The notes beneath the pieces were generated by a model. That model searched no databases and was not told where the DNA came from. It worked only from the letters and a program-made list of their open reading frames with translations. DNA of 62,349 nucleotides, filler included, from Hausera hauseri (Eukaryota): the NCBI GenBank assembly GCA_046269625.1. It is 11 parts of 11 records of this genome, joined end to end, with 100 filler letters (N's around TTAATTAATTAA, not from the genome) between each part and the next. Parts side by side here need not be neighbours in the genome. Positions count along the whole stretch, not along the records: positions 33,756 to 39,724 come from JBJURY010160310.1; positions 39,825 to 43,860 come from JBJURY010803865.1; positions 43,961 to 49,112 come from JBJURY010320938.1; positions 49,213 to 55,179 come from JBJURY010161199.1; 7 more parts are not named here. One strand, written 5' to 3'. Each line of letters starts with the position of its first letter. The stretch's first letter is position 1. The position numbers and the translations under genes are program-made. Below, one piece after another: positions 34,607 to 50,241 of the stretch.

Positions 34607-37600
34607 TTATTTCGTCATATGATCAGGACTTGTTGTTGTTGCCTCGACACCTCCCTTGCCAGACGAAGCCGTCCGCGGCTTCAGAGTTCGAGTTTCAATT
34701 GAACCATCGGGATACTGATAATTAACAGAGACCAGAGTTCCCCATTGACCTTCTCGTTTGATGCGTTTTCTTATTGTAACCTTTTGGTTCGATGACCCTG
34801 GTCGCTTTGCCGATTTCGTTAGGTCGATATAGGGGGTAAGATTCTCGGATTGAGTAGAGGTTGGTAGAGAGATCGATTCAACTGGACAGCTTTGGTTTAC
34901 CTTACTTTGAAAAGAATGTTGTTCAGATGGAAGAGCAGGTGTTGGCTCTGGATCTACAGAATTTTCAGTTTCCATAGAGGAATTTAATTTGTTCGTTTCT
35001 ATTAGGTTTTGGTATTCTTCTGTTAGTTTGTATATTTCTAATATGGTTCTAGCTTTATTCATTGTTCTTTGGGGATACCTGTTATTATTGTACTTGCTAA
35101 GCAAGGTCTTGGCCATATTTTCTTGCTTGGGGTTTATTGTTTCATTATAAAGTAGATCACTAAATCCTAACACCTTGCGATAATCTTGCATAAGGATATT
35201 TTCAAACGTACTATATAAATTTAATCCAACAATATATTTTCCAACTATATTTTCCTTAATAGTTGACCGTATTAAAATTAAATCTTCTTTCCCAACAATG
35301 TCCGGTTCCTTTAGGCCGGTGAAATGACTATCATAATTGTCCACCCTGTCACGAGGGCAGATTATTTTATCCATTATTGTTTCACCTTTAATATCTAAGA
35401 GGGTAATTTCTACTAGGGCCATTTCCTTTTTCCTAATGGGGCTTATTAAATATGCGGAATTTACCGCCAATACTAAAATATCGTTACTAGATAAAGTGGG
35501 TGATCGTATAAATGATGTGCCTTTTTCCATTTGGGATGGATTCGGAGCTGTTATTGGGTACATGGGAACTTCTATTTCTAACCGGGGTACAAATTCGCTT
35601 CTCATTGCTTCAATGTATATAATTGGACAAGGTCCTCCATAAGTTCTGAGAAGGAAACTAGCGTTATTAAGAAATCTTCCATCAATTCTTATTGTATTAA
35701 GCATTAGGATCTCTATTGAATCTGAAATGCCATTAGTGTTAGCCTTGCTTTTTATTATAATGCTTTCCTTAGTAACCGAAATATATAAGGCCATTGTATT
35801 CTTTGATATGGTCATTAGGTCATTTAGATTCGTTGACAAACTTCGTAGTTTTATGATGAGGCCTGATCGTTGATTAACTGAGTGTCCTTTTAGATTATTA
35901 GGAATGAGGGAGGCTCTTCCATAATAAGCATAATCCTGGCTGTTGGTTGCCATAAGATTGGCAGTTATATTGTAGTAAAATGATTTCGGCCGCTGAACTG
36001 ATTCTGAGCCTTCTTTGACTATAAATAAACATATCAATGGCAGCCAAAATAGTTTAGGAATATGTATAGTTTTATATTTTATTTGTTTATTGTAGGTCGC
36101 AAGGAATTTGGCGGCCTGATTTTGTACATGCGCACATAGACATAGGGTTATATCTTTCAACGGTTGGTTATGCCGTTTATGGTTGGCTTGCTCGTCAGCT
36201 CGCCATTCTTTATCAACACCCGTATACAGCCCAACTGACTGTTCAAAATCAATAGGTTTTTCAGACTCCAAGTCATTGATACAATTTTCCCGTAATAATT
36301 TTAATTGGCGCAAAGTTTTCCTTGTTTTGATTTTTTTACGTCTTGTTCTATAACAGCAAATTATTATAGGTAATAATATGATTATTAGAACCAGGAAAAC
36401 TCCTAAAGTAATAGCTATCCAAAAATATTTGCTGGGGTATTCTATTGGAATTTGTTTAGTAGTTATTTTTATAGTTTTTGTTGTAGTAACCATTGGTAAT
36501 TTTAACGTTTTCTCCAGTTTTCTAACAATCTGTAACGTCTGCCCATCTTCATCTAGTTCTGTTACGACTACTTTATAATTCGTATTAGCTTCTAAAGGCA
36601 TACAAGCTGATGTGGGTTCTTCCGGAGTTAAAACTCCTTCACTTATAACTTTGTGGTTAAAATAACATTCAAATTTTATATTTGCATTCTTTAAATCAGA
36701 CACTGTAATAATTAGTGAGTAAGTCGTTGGTTGAACAATTACATCCAGTTCTTTGATGCTCTTCTTAGGTTCCATAATAGAGCTGGTTACCGTTGATAAT
36801 GTGGCTGATGTACTTGGTGTATTCGGTCGTGTTGTCAGAGAGGTTGTCTTTCTCGTTGTGGTAGAGATTATTTTTATAGGGGATCTCATTATTATTTCTG
36901 GGCCTATTAACATATCCGACCATGTCCAATCATCATTCGTTTTCAATCCTGTCCAATACCATATCATATATTCCTTATCGAAGGATATGGAACAACATAG
37001 ATAAGGATTTTGATAGAAAGGTCTACACTCTATTATATCAGTTTTGTTGAATATTCTGTATTTAATTGTCCGATACTTGGTTATTGGGGAATCTGGTTCA
37101 GATGTTATACACGGTCCATCCTTCATGACTTTTGTGTAGAATGTTACAAGAAAATCTGGTTTGCTAAAGTAGTATATTGTACCAGGAAACGAGTAATAAG
37201 ATGTGTACCATTTTCCTTCTATTATTTTAGAAACGGCATACTGAATTCTATATGATATTCCATATGATAATCCACAGCAGACGTGATTAGAATGTCCTGC
37301 ATACAAATCACAAGATTCAGTATTTACTCTTTGTGACGTAGATACTTTTGATATCCATATGTAGATATACTCATTTATAGTTAAATTTCTATTTCCGAAT
37401 ATTCTTACGCAGGGGTATTTTCCAACTTGAACTTTATGGTATATCGGCATCAATTCTTGAGCTGATATGCAAGTTACCAAACTTAACATCGTAAGTACTG
37501 TTACTAGTAGTAATTTTAAATTTCCATTCCTTATTTTTGATTCTGTCGGCGCTGATTTACACCGATTTACGTGAACTTTTATCGGATCTATTTTGTTCCT

Positions 37601-39724
37601 TTTATTTTTATTCAAATAGATATTCGTTTCGTCGACCTTCTGGACCATAAATGGACCTTTATATGGTCTATCTAACTTTGGTGTTCTGCCCTTTTTACTC
37701 ATCGGCGTGTGTAACATGACTTTGTCTCCAGGCTTAAAACTGTGGGACTTGGCTTTCTCGTCATATCTATTTTTATACTCTTTTTGGCATAACTTCATGT
37801 GTCGTGAAGCCAGGTTCCACACGTACCCAAGTTTTTCTTTCAGTAATTCTCTATACTCCATGTCCTTTAAATGTGATACAGGCATTTTAAATTCTATATC
37901 AACAGGCATGTGTGTATCTCGAAGATACATTAAATAAAATGGAGTTTCTTTCGTGGCAGGATGAATAGTATTCCTTATAGCAAACAAACATGGTTTAATG
38001 TATTCGTCCCAGTCATTTTGTCGTTCGTTAACCATAGTTGCAAGCATATTGGTCAAGGTTCCGTTAAATCTTTCTACTGTTCCATTGGTTTGTGGGTGAT
38101 ATGGTGTAGTTTTTAGCTGCAGTATATGAAATATTTTCGAGATCTCTGCCATCACTTCTCCAGTAAAGTTTGGAGCCTGATCCGTTAGTAGTTTAGTAGG
38201 AGCTCCATAGTTAAACACGATTTCTTCTACGAAAGCTTGAGCAATAGTTTGAGCCTTTTGGTCAGGTATTGGGATTACCACTGGCCATCTTGAAAATAAG
38301 TCAACAAACACCAACATGTATTTATTTCCGTTTATGGCAATCGGTAACGGTCCCAAAATATCCATTGCTGAGAATTCCATAGGAGCAGGTGGGCATTCTA
38401 TTGGTTTAAGGGGAACTTTTACTTTGGCTCCTGTATTTTTCCGTGTAGCACAGATAGGGCAACTTTTGCACCATTCTTCTACATCTTTAATCATAGTATG
38501 CCAATAGTATTTCCTTTTTAGCCTGCCCAGAGTTCGTTTCTTAAATTGGTGGCCTCCCAGCATGCCATCATGATATTGCGTTAACAATAGTTTTACATCC
38601 TCTTGAGGGACAACAACGACTAATTTTCCTTTTTGATTATAATATAATGTACCATCTTTTATCTGGTAATTTTCAACAAATTTCGTCAAATGTGTATGGA
38701 GATCATTATCTTTTGGCAGAGTCTTCTTTTGAAGATATTCTTTAATTTGCTTCACCTGTTCATCATTTTGCTGTCTTTGTTGTAACGATTTTTCTTGTTC
38801 TGTTACACTCCAGATGGCTTCTATGACACCTGGTTTGTCTGTTACTCCTTTTTCTTTTTGATCCTCATCCTCAGGTATCCTTGACATATAATCAGCGTTG
38901 GCATTAGCTTTGCCAGTTTTATATTCAAATTTCAAGTCATAAGGTTGAAGTAACATCGCCCATTTCATTAGGCGACTATTTGGGTTCTTATGACTTTTCA
39001 ACCACTGTAACGGTTTATGGTCGGTATAAACGATAATCGGTTTCGTTTCAGACAAATATTGACCATATTGTTCTAATGCGTATACTATAGCAAGTAGTTC
39101 TCTTTCAATTGTGGAGTAATTTCTTTCGTGTTTTCTTAACTTTCTTCCTCCGAACGATATAGGATGTTCTTGTCCTTGATCATCTTTTTGTGATAAGACA
39201 ACTCCGATTCCGACCTTGCTGGCATCTGTAGCTAGAAAATATGGTTTTGACATGTTAGGATATGCCAATACTGGTGGAGCTAATAAACAGTTATTTAATT
39301 GTTGGTATGCTTTTTGACACTCTTGAGTCCAGATAAGCTTAGAATTCTCCTGGAGTAATGAATGTAGAGGAGATGCTATCTGTTGATAGTCTTTAACAAA
39401 TTTACGATAATAACCTGTAAGGCCAAGAAACTTCCGAACTCCTCTAACAGTTTTCGGAACAGGAAAATCTTGAATTTTATTGATTTTTCCAATTTGTGGA
39501 CTAATACCGTCTCTACTTATTGTATGACCTAAAAAGTCAACTTTAGTTCGGGCAAAACAGCATTTCTTCAGGCTAATTTTAATTCCCAATAGAGCACATC
39601 TTTCTAGCATGTCTTTAAGATGCTCCTTATGTTGCTTATAATCGGTTGATGCGATTATAACGTCATCCACATAACACATCATATGTGGGGCATCCATGGT
39701 AATTATGTCCATAGCTGTCTGAAA
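34607..39724 (-). CDS. Gypsy Pol (RT C-half, RNase H, integrase) fused in frame to ~980 aa of cargo: membrane protein and exonuclease-like domain; 5' partial
   Basis: YVDD, FLGH, FLGLTGYYRKF, TDAS, NYSTIERELLA, TDHKPL, NADYMSR; H-H-C-C zinc finger, MDILGPLP, TDQAPNF, NGTVERFN, YKGPF. The frame is open from the contig edge to the stop at 34607. Confidence 0.93.
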   Translation of the reverse strand, partial: FQTAMDIITMDAPHMMCYVDDVIIASTDYKQHKEHLKDMLERCALLGIKISLKKCCFARTKVDFLGHTISRDGISPQIGKINKIQDFPVPKTVRGVRKFLGLTGYYRKFVKDYQQIASPLHSLLQENSKLIWTQECQKAYQQLNNCLLAPPVLAYPNMSKPYFLATDASKVGIGVVLSQKDDQGQEHPISFGGRKLRKHERNYSTIERELLAIVYALEQYGQYLSETKPIIVYTDHKPLQWLKSHKNPNSRLMKWAMLLQPYDLKFEYKTGKANANADYMSRIPEDEDQKEKGVTDKPGVIEAIWSVTEQEKSLQQRQQNDEQVKQIKEYLQKKTLPKDNDLHTHLTKFVENYQIKDGTLYYNQKGKLVVVVPQEDVKLLLTQYHDGMLGGHQFKKRTLGRLKRKYYWHTMIKDVEEWCKSCPICATRKNTGAKVKVPLKPIECPPAPMEFSAMDILGPLPIAINGNKYMLVFVDLFSRWPVVIPIPDQKAQTIAQAFVEEIVFNYGAPTKLLTDQAPNFTGEVMAEISKIFHILQLKTTPYHPQTNGTVERFNGTLTNMLATMVNERQNDWDEYIKPCLFAIRNTIHPATKETPFYLMYLRDTHMPVDIEFKMPVSHLKDMEYRELLKEKLGYVWNLASRHMKLCQKEYKNRYDEKAKSHSFKPGDKVMLHTPMSKKGRTPKLDRPYKGPFMVQKVDETNIYLNKNKRNKIDPIKVHVNRCKSAPTESKIRNGNLKLLLVTVLTMLSLVTCISAQELMPIYHKVQVGKYPCVRIFGNRNLTINEYIYIWISKVSTSQRVNTESCDLYAGHSNHVCCGLSYGISYRIQYAVSKIIEGKWYTSYYSFPGTIYYFSKPDFLVTFYTKVMKDGPCITSEPDSPITKYRTIKYRIFNKTDIIECRPFYQNPYLCCSISFDKEYMIWYWTGLKTNDDWTWSDMLIGPEIIMRSPIKIISTTTRKTTSLTTRPNTPSTSATLSTVTSSIMEPKKSIKELDVIVQPTTYSLIITVSDLKNANIKFECYFNHKVISEGVLTPEEPTSACMPLEANTNYKVVVTELDEDGQTLQIVRKLEKTLKLPMVTTTKTIKITTKQIPIEYPSKYFWIAITLGVFLVLIIILLPIIICCYRTRRKKIKTRKTLRQLKLLRENCINDLESEKPIDFEQSVGLYTGVDKEWRADEQANHKRHNQPLKDITLCLCAHVQNQAAKFLATYNKQIKYKTIHIPKLFWLPLICLFIVKEGSESVQRPKSFYYNITANLMATNSQDYAYYGRASLIPNNLKGHSVNQRSGLIIKLRSLSTNLNDLMTISKNTMALYISVTKESIIIKSKANTNGISDSIEILMLNTIRIDGRFLNNASFLLRTYGGPCPIIYIEAMRSEFVPRLEIEVPMYPITAPNPSQMEKGTSFIRSPTLSSNDILVLAVNSAYLISPIRKKEMALVEITLLDIKGETIMDKIICPRDRVDNYDSHFTGLKEPDIVGKEDLILIRSTIKENIVGKYIVGLNLYSTFENILMQDYRKVLGFSDLLYNETINPKQENMAKTLLSKYNNNRYPQRTMNKARTILEIYKLTEEYQNLIETNKLNSSMETENSVDPEPTPALPSEQHSFQSKVNQSCPVESISLPTSTQSENLTPYIDLTKSAKRPGSSNQKVTIRKRIKREGQWGTLVSVNYQYPDGSIETRTLKPRTASSGKGGVEATTTSPDHMTK

Positions 39725-40193
39725 NNNNNNNNNNNNNNNNNNNNNNNNNNNNNNNNNNNNNNNNNNNNTTAATTAATTAANNNNNNNNNNNNNNNNNNNN
39801 NNNNNNNNNNNNNNNNNNNNNNNNCCCCCCCCCCCCTCCCCCCACAAAAAAAACATTTCGTCAAGACTTCAACGAAAGCAATTGATTGTATGCTTCGACA
39901 TACAGTATTTTGTTTGAAATTTGAAATTCGTAATTCTGTCTTATTTAAATGAAACTTTAATTGATAATCATATTGATTATTAAATTAAAATTAACATTAT
40001 AAGTATTTTTCTTGGATTTCAGTTGTGTTCATATTATTATTAATTGGACCAGTTATTTAGGATCAAATCATGTTTTAGCAATCTAGTATTTTCGACTAAT
40101 AAGCCATACGCATGATATCTCAACGTGATTTGTATACCTGTGCACACAGGATATATAGTAGATCATGAAGGAAATTCAACATTCTCAATACAA

Positions 40194-41281
40194 ATGTTGA
40201 AAAGTTTACTATTGAATTACCTTACAATAGCATTCCTAAGTCGAAATTATGAAGCTCTTACAGTTTCTTTTATTTCGTGGAACGTAAATGATAACAATCG
40301 AATTACTTCGTATTCTGAGAGTTTTATTTCAGATATTTTGCAGTTAAATAACAAGTAAACCTATTGAATACAAAACGATATTTCTATGTGATTTACAGGA
40401 ATGTCGACAGTCCGGATATTTATGCAATTACATTCCAGGAAAATTGTTTTCAATGTAATCACAAGAACTGGAATAGTTTAGCAAATCCATTCATTGATGC
40501 AATCAAATCGAGAACATCGAAGCAGTATAAGTTAATATCAATATCAGGTACTCGACGTTCGAGTGTGTGTCAGAGTCTGTACTGTGCAAAAATAGCAAGC
40601 ATGCATGGTACCACACTTTTAATTGTACTGGCTGAATCATCAGTCAACATTACCGATGTTTTCGAAACCAGTGTGAAAGGTTGCACTTACGAATGGATGG
40701 GTAATGAAGAAAAAGGCGTAGCAATTGTTGGTTTTGCGAATAAACAAAATAGGGTATGTTTCGGTGGGTTGCACCTGGATACTACGAATTTAAATAATAG
40801 ACGTTCATGCATTATTGACGCAATAAATTTGATTAAATCGAAGTGTTCGGTGATATTTTTTGGTGGAGATTTCAATACGAGACCTGCTTCAAAAACAACA
40901 AAAGTTCCAAAAGAATTTATAGATGGAAAGAATTTAACATTTCTGGTGGAAATAAAAAAGACCGATGATATGTCGGGCGACAATCCATTCAGTGGTCAAC
41001 CAAATTTACTGAAGTACATTGCACAAAATCAAAATATGAAATTTAATGAACCATTTGGTGTACAACCGAACTTTTTACCCACATATTCAATTGATACTTC
41101 AGTGAAATGTTCAACTTATCCAAATTGTTATAAACCATCAAGATTTCCATCATGGACTGATCGGATAATTTATTTCCCAACTGCAAAGGTCACGTGTTCC
41201 AAATATTCATCAATGAGTTCATTTGAAAATTTAAGCGATCATCTTCCAGTTTATGCTTTTTGTGATGTTAAAGATAATTAA
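40194..41281 (+). CDS. Inositol polyphosphate 5-phosphatase-like (EEP fold) protein, 347 aa, join(40194..40354,40399..41281), with predicted signal peptide
   Basis: ISWNV, DIYAITFQE, CFGGLHL, FFGGDFNTR, FLPTY, PSWTDRIIY, SDHLPVYA; in-phase 44-nt GT-AG intron; AATAAA right after the stop. Confidence 0.88.
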
Positions 41282-41371
41282 AATAAAAGTTTGAACAAAC
41301 CTTTAACTTTATTGATTTATTATTTAAATTGATGTTGTCAGCGTTGTAGTTGATTTTTTGAATAGTTTGTA

Positions 41372-42600
41372 GTAGGGGAAAAATGGGAAGTCTGCTTCAC
41401 GGCCCCGTGGGGTGTGCGAATTGATAAATCAAATTGCACATGTGCCAATTGATAGTGCACACTGTGCACAATCGATCGGTAGTGTGCTAGGCGACGGTGC
41501 TCCTATGTACCGTTGCTAAGCAAAATTTTGCCCATTTCACAAATCGATAGCTGCACAGTGCACAATTGATCGATTCGATGGGGACAAAGTGCTAGTCGAT
41601 AGTGCATATCAGTGCGCATCGATTGGTTCACAGTGCAGGTGCACTGCACAAACGCAAGTGTGCAAACATCAACAATATCGGATTTCCGATAATCTCAATA
41701 TTGATGAATAGGGCACGTCACCGGGTGCACTCGAAAGCACACATGATGGACTGTATGAATGTGCAGTTAGAATTAAAATATATTTATTGGTTTTCGAATA
41801 ATTCTCAACTGAGAGAGAACCTGCATAGGCCTTTCCGCTATATAATAAAAATCGATAATATCAATCCGGGATAAGTACTGGTAGGTAGGACACATGGTGC
41901 ACTGCCGATATGAAAATGTTCAAGGTAAAGGTGCTCTTAAATACGGTTGCCAAGGCATTTTTTCCCTTTTCACATTTGGGTCACTGTGCATCGTAGGATT
42001 GATGGAATCGATTAGGATCAAGTGCAGGTAGATAGAGCACATCGAGATACACCTTAATCTGTACTGCGCAGGTGCGTAGCGCATGTGCAAGTGTGCAAAA
42101 ATCAATAATATCGCTTTTCCGATATTTCCAATATTGATGATTAGGACATATGACCGGGTGCTTTCGAACACGAACATGGTTCAGTATATGAATATGCAGT
42201 TAGAATTTAAATTTATCAAATAATTATCGAATAATATGGATCCAAAGTGCAATTGAGGGAGCAACCGCATAGGTTTTTTAGGCCCTATAGAGTCAAAATT
42301 CGATATTATAATTACCGGGGACAAATATGAAGTCGAATATGGCGATCTGAAATCTTAAGTCATATATTCGAAATTCGAAAATTTTTTAGCTCGAATAGCG
42401 AATATCGAACTATTCGAAAAATCTAACAAAGGCAGTCGATTCCTCATATACGAAAATACCCTATACATAAAAATTATTCCGTGAAAATGTGCTATATAGA
42501 TACAAAAAAATATGTCTAATTTAGCAAAATCTGCATTTAAAGCCTAGTGAAGCGGAAATCAGTAAATCTATAAGCGGTGTTGGAGCTATCCGTGTAATAG
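41372..42600 (+). repeat. Interspersed repeat (TGCACA/TCGA-rich) with an internal ~250-bp duplication; likely non-autonomous transposon
   Basis: Colinear with 56879-57630; both begin GTAGG[G/A]GAAA. Internal units ~41640-41880 and ~42070-42330 are homologous. Confidence 0.8.
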
Positions 42601-43960
42601 AATGGGGTATTTACACCAATATATAATGTTCAAAGGGACCTATGATAATTACTTATGAAATTCATGAAATTCAATTTCTGAAGTCGGTGTTCAGGCAGTT
42701 CGGTGATCGAGGTCAACCTGTGCCCACTAATATTCATGATATTTAGATAAGTTGATCTACATTCTTTAATATTCATGATAATTAGATAAGCTGATTTACA
42801 CTCTTTTCTGTAATATTAATTCGTTTGTTCGAACAAAAGTGATAAGTACTCCTACTAGTTCACTTAATTCTGAATAAATAAGTGCCCTTACTTATCCACT
42901 TACTTTTACAATCAATTAGAATTCCTAAGAGTAGTTGATTCCTACTTATCATCAATTTTTCTATACGTCTCTTTTTGTTGAATCTGAGTAGAGTCCTTCT
43001 GATCCTATAAAATCTTGAATACCTCTTCTTTAAGATAAATTAATTGTAAAATTCATTTTACTATCAGAGGTAAATTAGTTATTCATGGGGTTTAATCATG
43101 TTGAACACATTTGTGGTCAAATTTCCCAAGCTGTAGTTATTTATTCAAAAGAATTTATTTAAATTATATGTACACGTATACTATACAAAACGGTAATCAA
43201 ATTTTTGGTTTTCTTTTTGTCTGACAATATAGAGTCGTCCTCTATTATTGATAATCTGCAAATAAACAATTCATAATAAATAATTGGGTACTATCAGTAA
43301 GTCAAATAATTTATTTTCGATTAGATAATACAAAATACAATCTATTTTGGAGAATCTGGTGTCGCTAATTATCGCTATTCATCTTCAATCGAACAATTAT
43401 TTATACCACGACAACTACACGGCTAGCGATCCCACCGGTTGACATTTTTATGCAACATCAACAGCAGTTTCCACATTTCATTAGTTTCGTTACATAGTAC
43501 AAACGTGATTACGATTGGTATACTCCTTCAACACTCATCCTTCCATTAAGTAAGGCCATAATCATTCCGTTCGAATCTCTATAATCGGGATGGTTGCCAT
43601 CACATGTTCGGCATTAAAGATTTTATTATCTCGCAATGAGTGTATTGTTTCTTTTATATTGACATTCGCTGGTCACCTTCGGTCATATACCCGCCAATTT
43701 CTCGGTACTGTTGTCTGTGCAATATTCCATCATAGCATTTAACCATTAATTTCCTATATACTCACAAACAGATACAATAAATCCAATTTATTATAATACT
43801 GTTTATTATTCACAAAAACAAATTGAAATTTATGAATTCATCAATATTTATTAATAAAAANNNNNNNNNNNNNNNNNNNNNNNNNNNNNNNNNNNNNNNN
43901 NNNNTTAATTAATTAANNNNNNNNNNNNNNNNNNNNNNNNNNNNNNNNNNNNNNNNNNNN

Positions 43961-48852
<4,892 letters not shown>

Positions 48853-49051
48853 TTTCCCTTCTATACTATCTCGTAACTCTGATGTGAATCGACCGTAATC
48901 AATCTTGGTATGTTAATTTAACACTATAGTTATATTTTTGCTGTACCGCTCTCACAAGACAACTTCTACTTTACTCAGCAATATCTACATAAAACAACAG
49001 CAATATCTAACAAAACACAATTTAATGGCTGTACCGCTCTCAGCTTAGTTG

Positions 49052-49111
49052 TTGATTGATGATGATCAATCTTGATTGATGATGATCATTCTTGATTGAT
49101 GATGATCACTT
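49052..49111. repeat. 20-bp tandem repeat x3 in the Gypsy leader
   Basis: TTGATTGATGATGATCA[A/T/C]T[C/T] x3, running into the contig end. Confidence 0.9.
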
Positions 49112-49212
49112 TNNNNNNNNNNNNNNNNNNNNNNNNNNNNNNNNNNNNNNNNNNNNTTAATTAATTAANNNNNNNNNNNNNNNNNNNNNNNNNNNNNNNN
49201 NNNNNNNNNNNN

Positions 49213-49362
49213 GTTTTAAAACAATATAAGTTGATGGCACGCGAGAATAAAGTCATAACATACAATTGGGACACAAATCACCAATTTCTATGGTATTTTA
49301 TGCGTCTGGTAATTTTTGAAATTGATTGGGACACATTGTCTCAATGGTAGTCAAAGGGTTAA
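49213..49362. mobile_element. Possible piggyBac-type right end
   Basis: ...GTCAAAGGG-TTAA with duplicated subterminal TTGGGACACA. Confidence 0.4.
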
Positions 49363-49867
49363 ATAAAAAATATCATAAATGTGTATTTTTTGGTTTCATA
49401 TTGAGGAATTACTTAAGCCAGAGGTACCGATAATACAAAAATTATTATCCAGAACTTAGAATTTCTGGATAAGAACAAAAATAATTTTCATATTTGAATT
49501 CGACATACGAAATTACTTTACTATGCAGAAAATCGTGAAAATTTGGGCTTAGAAGTAAAGTAATACCCCTTATATGATGTGATTGATGTACTAATACTAG
49601 ATTACTTATAAATAGATGTATTGCAAATGAAACTTACAGTATAAAGTAAAGAAAAAATTAATGTTTAAACTTTATATATTTGAAATATTCTGGGGTCTAT
49701 GACCTTAATGATGACTTCTGTGACATGGAATGTGTAAGAAGGAAATTTGATTTGGTAGTGTACGAAAATTCTCACTATAAAAGACAGGTAATAACGATAC
49801 TTAACTGTTCTGTTTAATGCTATTTCATCCATTCATTGGATTTTGGGTTTTGCAAAATCTGTTTGTT

Positions 49868-50241
49868 TACTAACAAGGAACACTCAGAAACTTCGACAAA
49901 CCAAATTGACTGAAAGTTTGGCAGAACATTCATTGTGATTTATTAAAAATCTGACTAAGATTTTAAATGTGATAGTTTCACTTAAAAATGGAAAATTTAA
50001 ATTCAGAATATTTGTAATATTTCCGAAGCCACAAATTTTTATCAAAATTTATCTAAAGCATTCAGAAGATTTTAAAAGAAATTTTAATAAAAATGTCAGA
50101 CTTGAAATTTGAATTTTCTATTGATTAAGTGAATTACCACAACTAAAACTTTGGCCATATTTTTAATAAATCATAATTATCATTTTGGCAAATTTTCAGT
50201 AAATTTAGTTTGTGGCAGTTTTTGAATGTTCCTTGTAAGTG
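49868..50241. mobile_element. Palindromic MITE-like element; second copy at ~53872-54260
   Basis: CTAACAAGGAACACTCAGAAACT... and ...AGTTTTTGAATGTTCCTTGTAAG are inverted; both copies share TTCATTGTGATTTATTAAAAAT. Confidence 0.7.

Noticed and set aside
16785-39724. Contigs 4 and 7 as two parts of one element
   Set aside because: Each has its own, clearly different integrase, and they are separate contigs.
40364-41281. 305-aa ORF as a stand-alone retroelement AP endonuclease
   Set aside because: PSWTDRI and GDFNTR motifs plus a spliceosomal intron identify a host IPPc-type gene; the listed start lies inside the intron.
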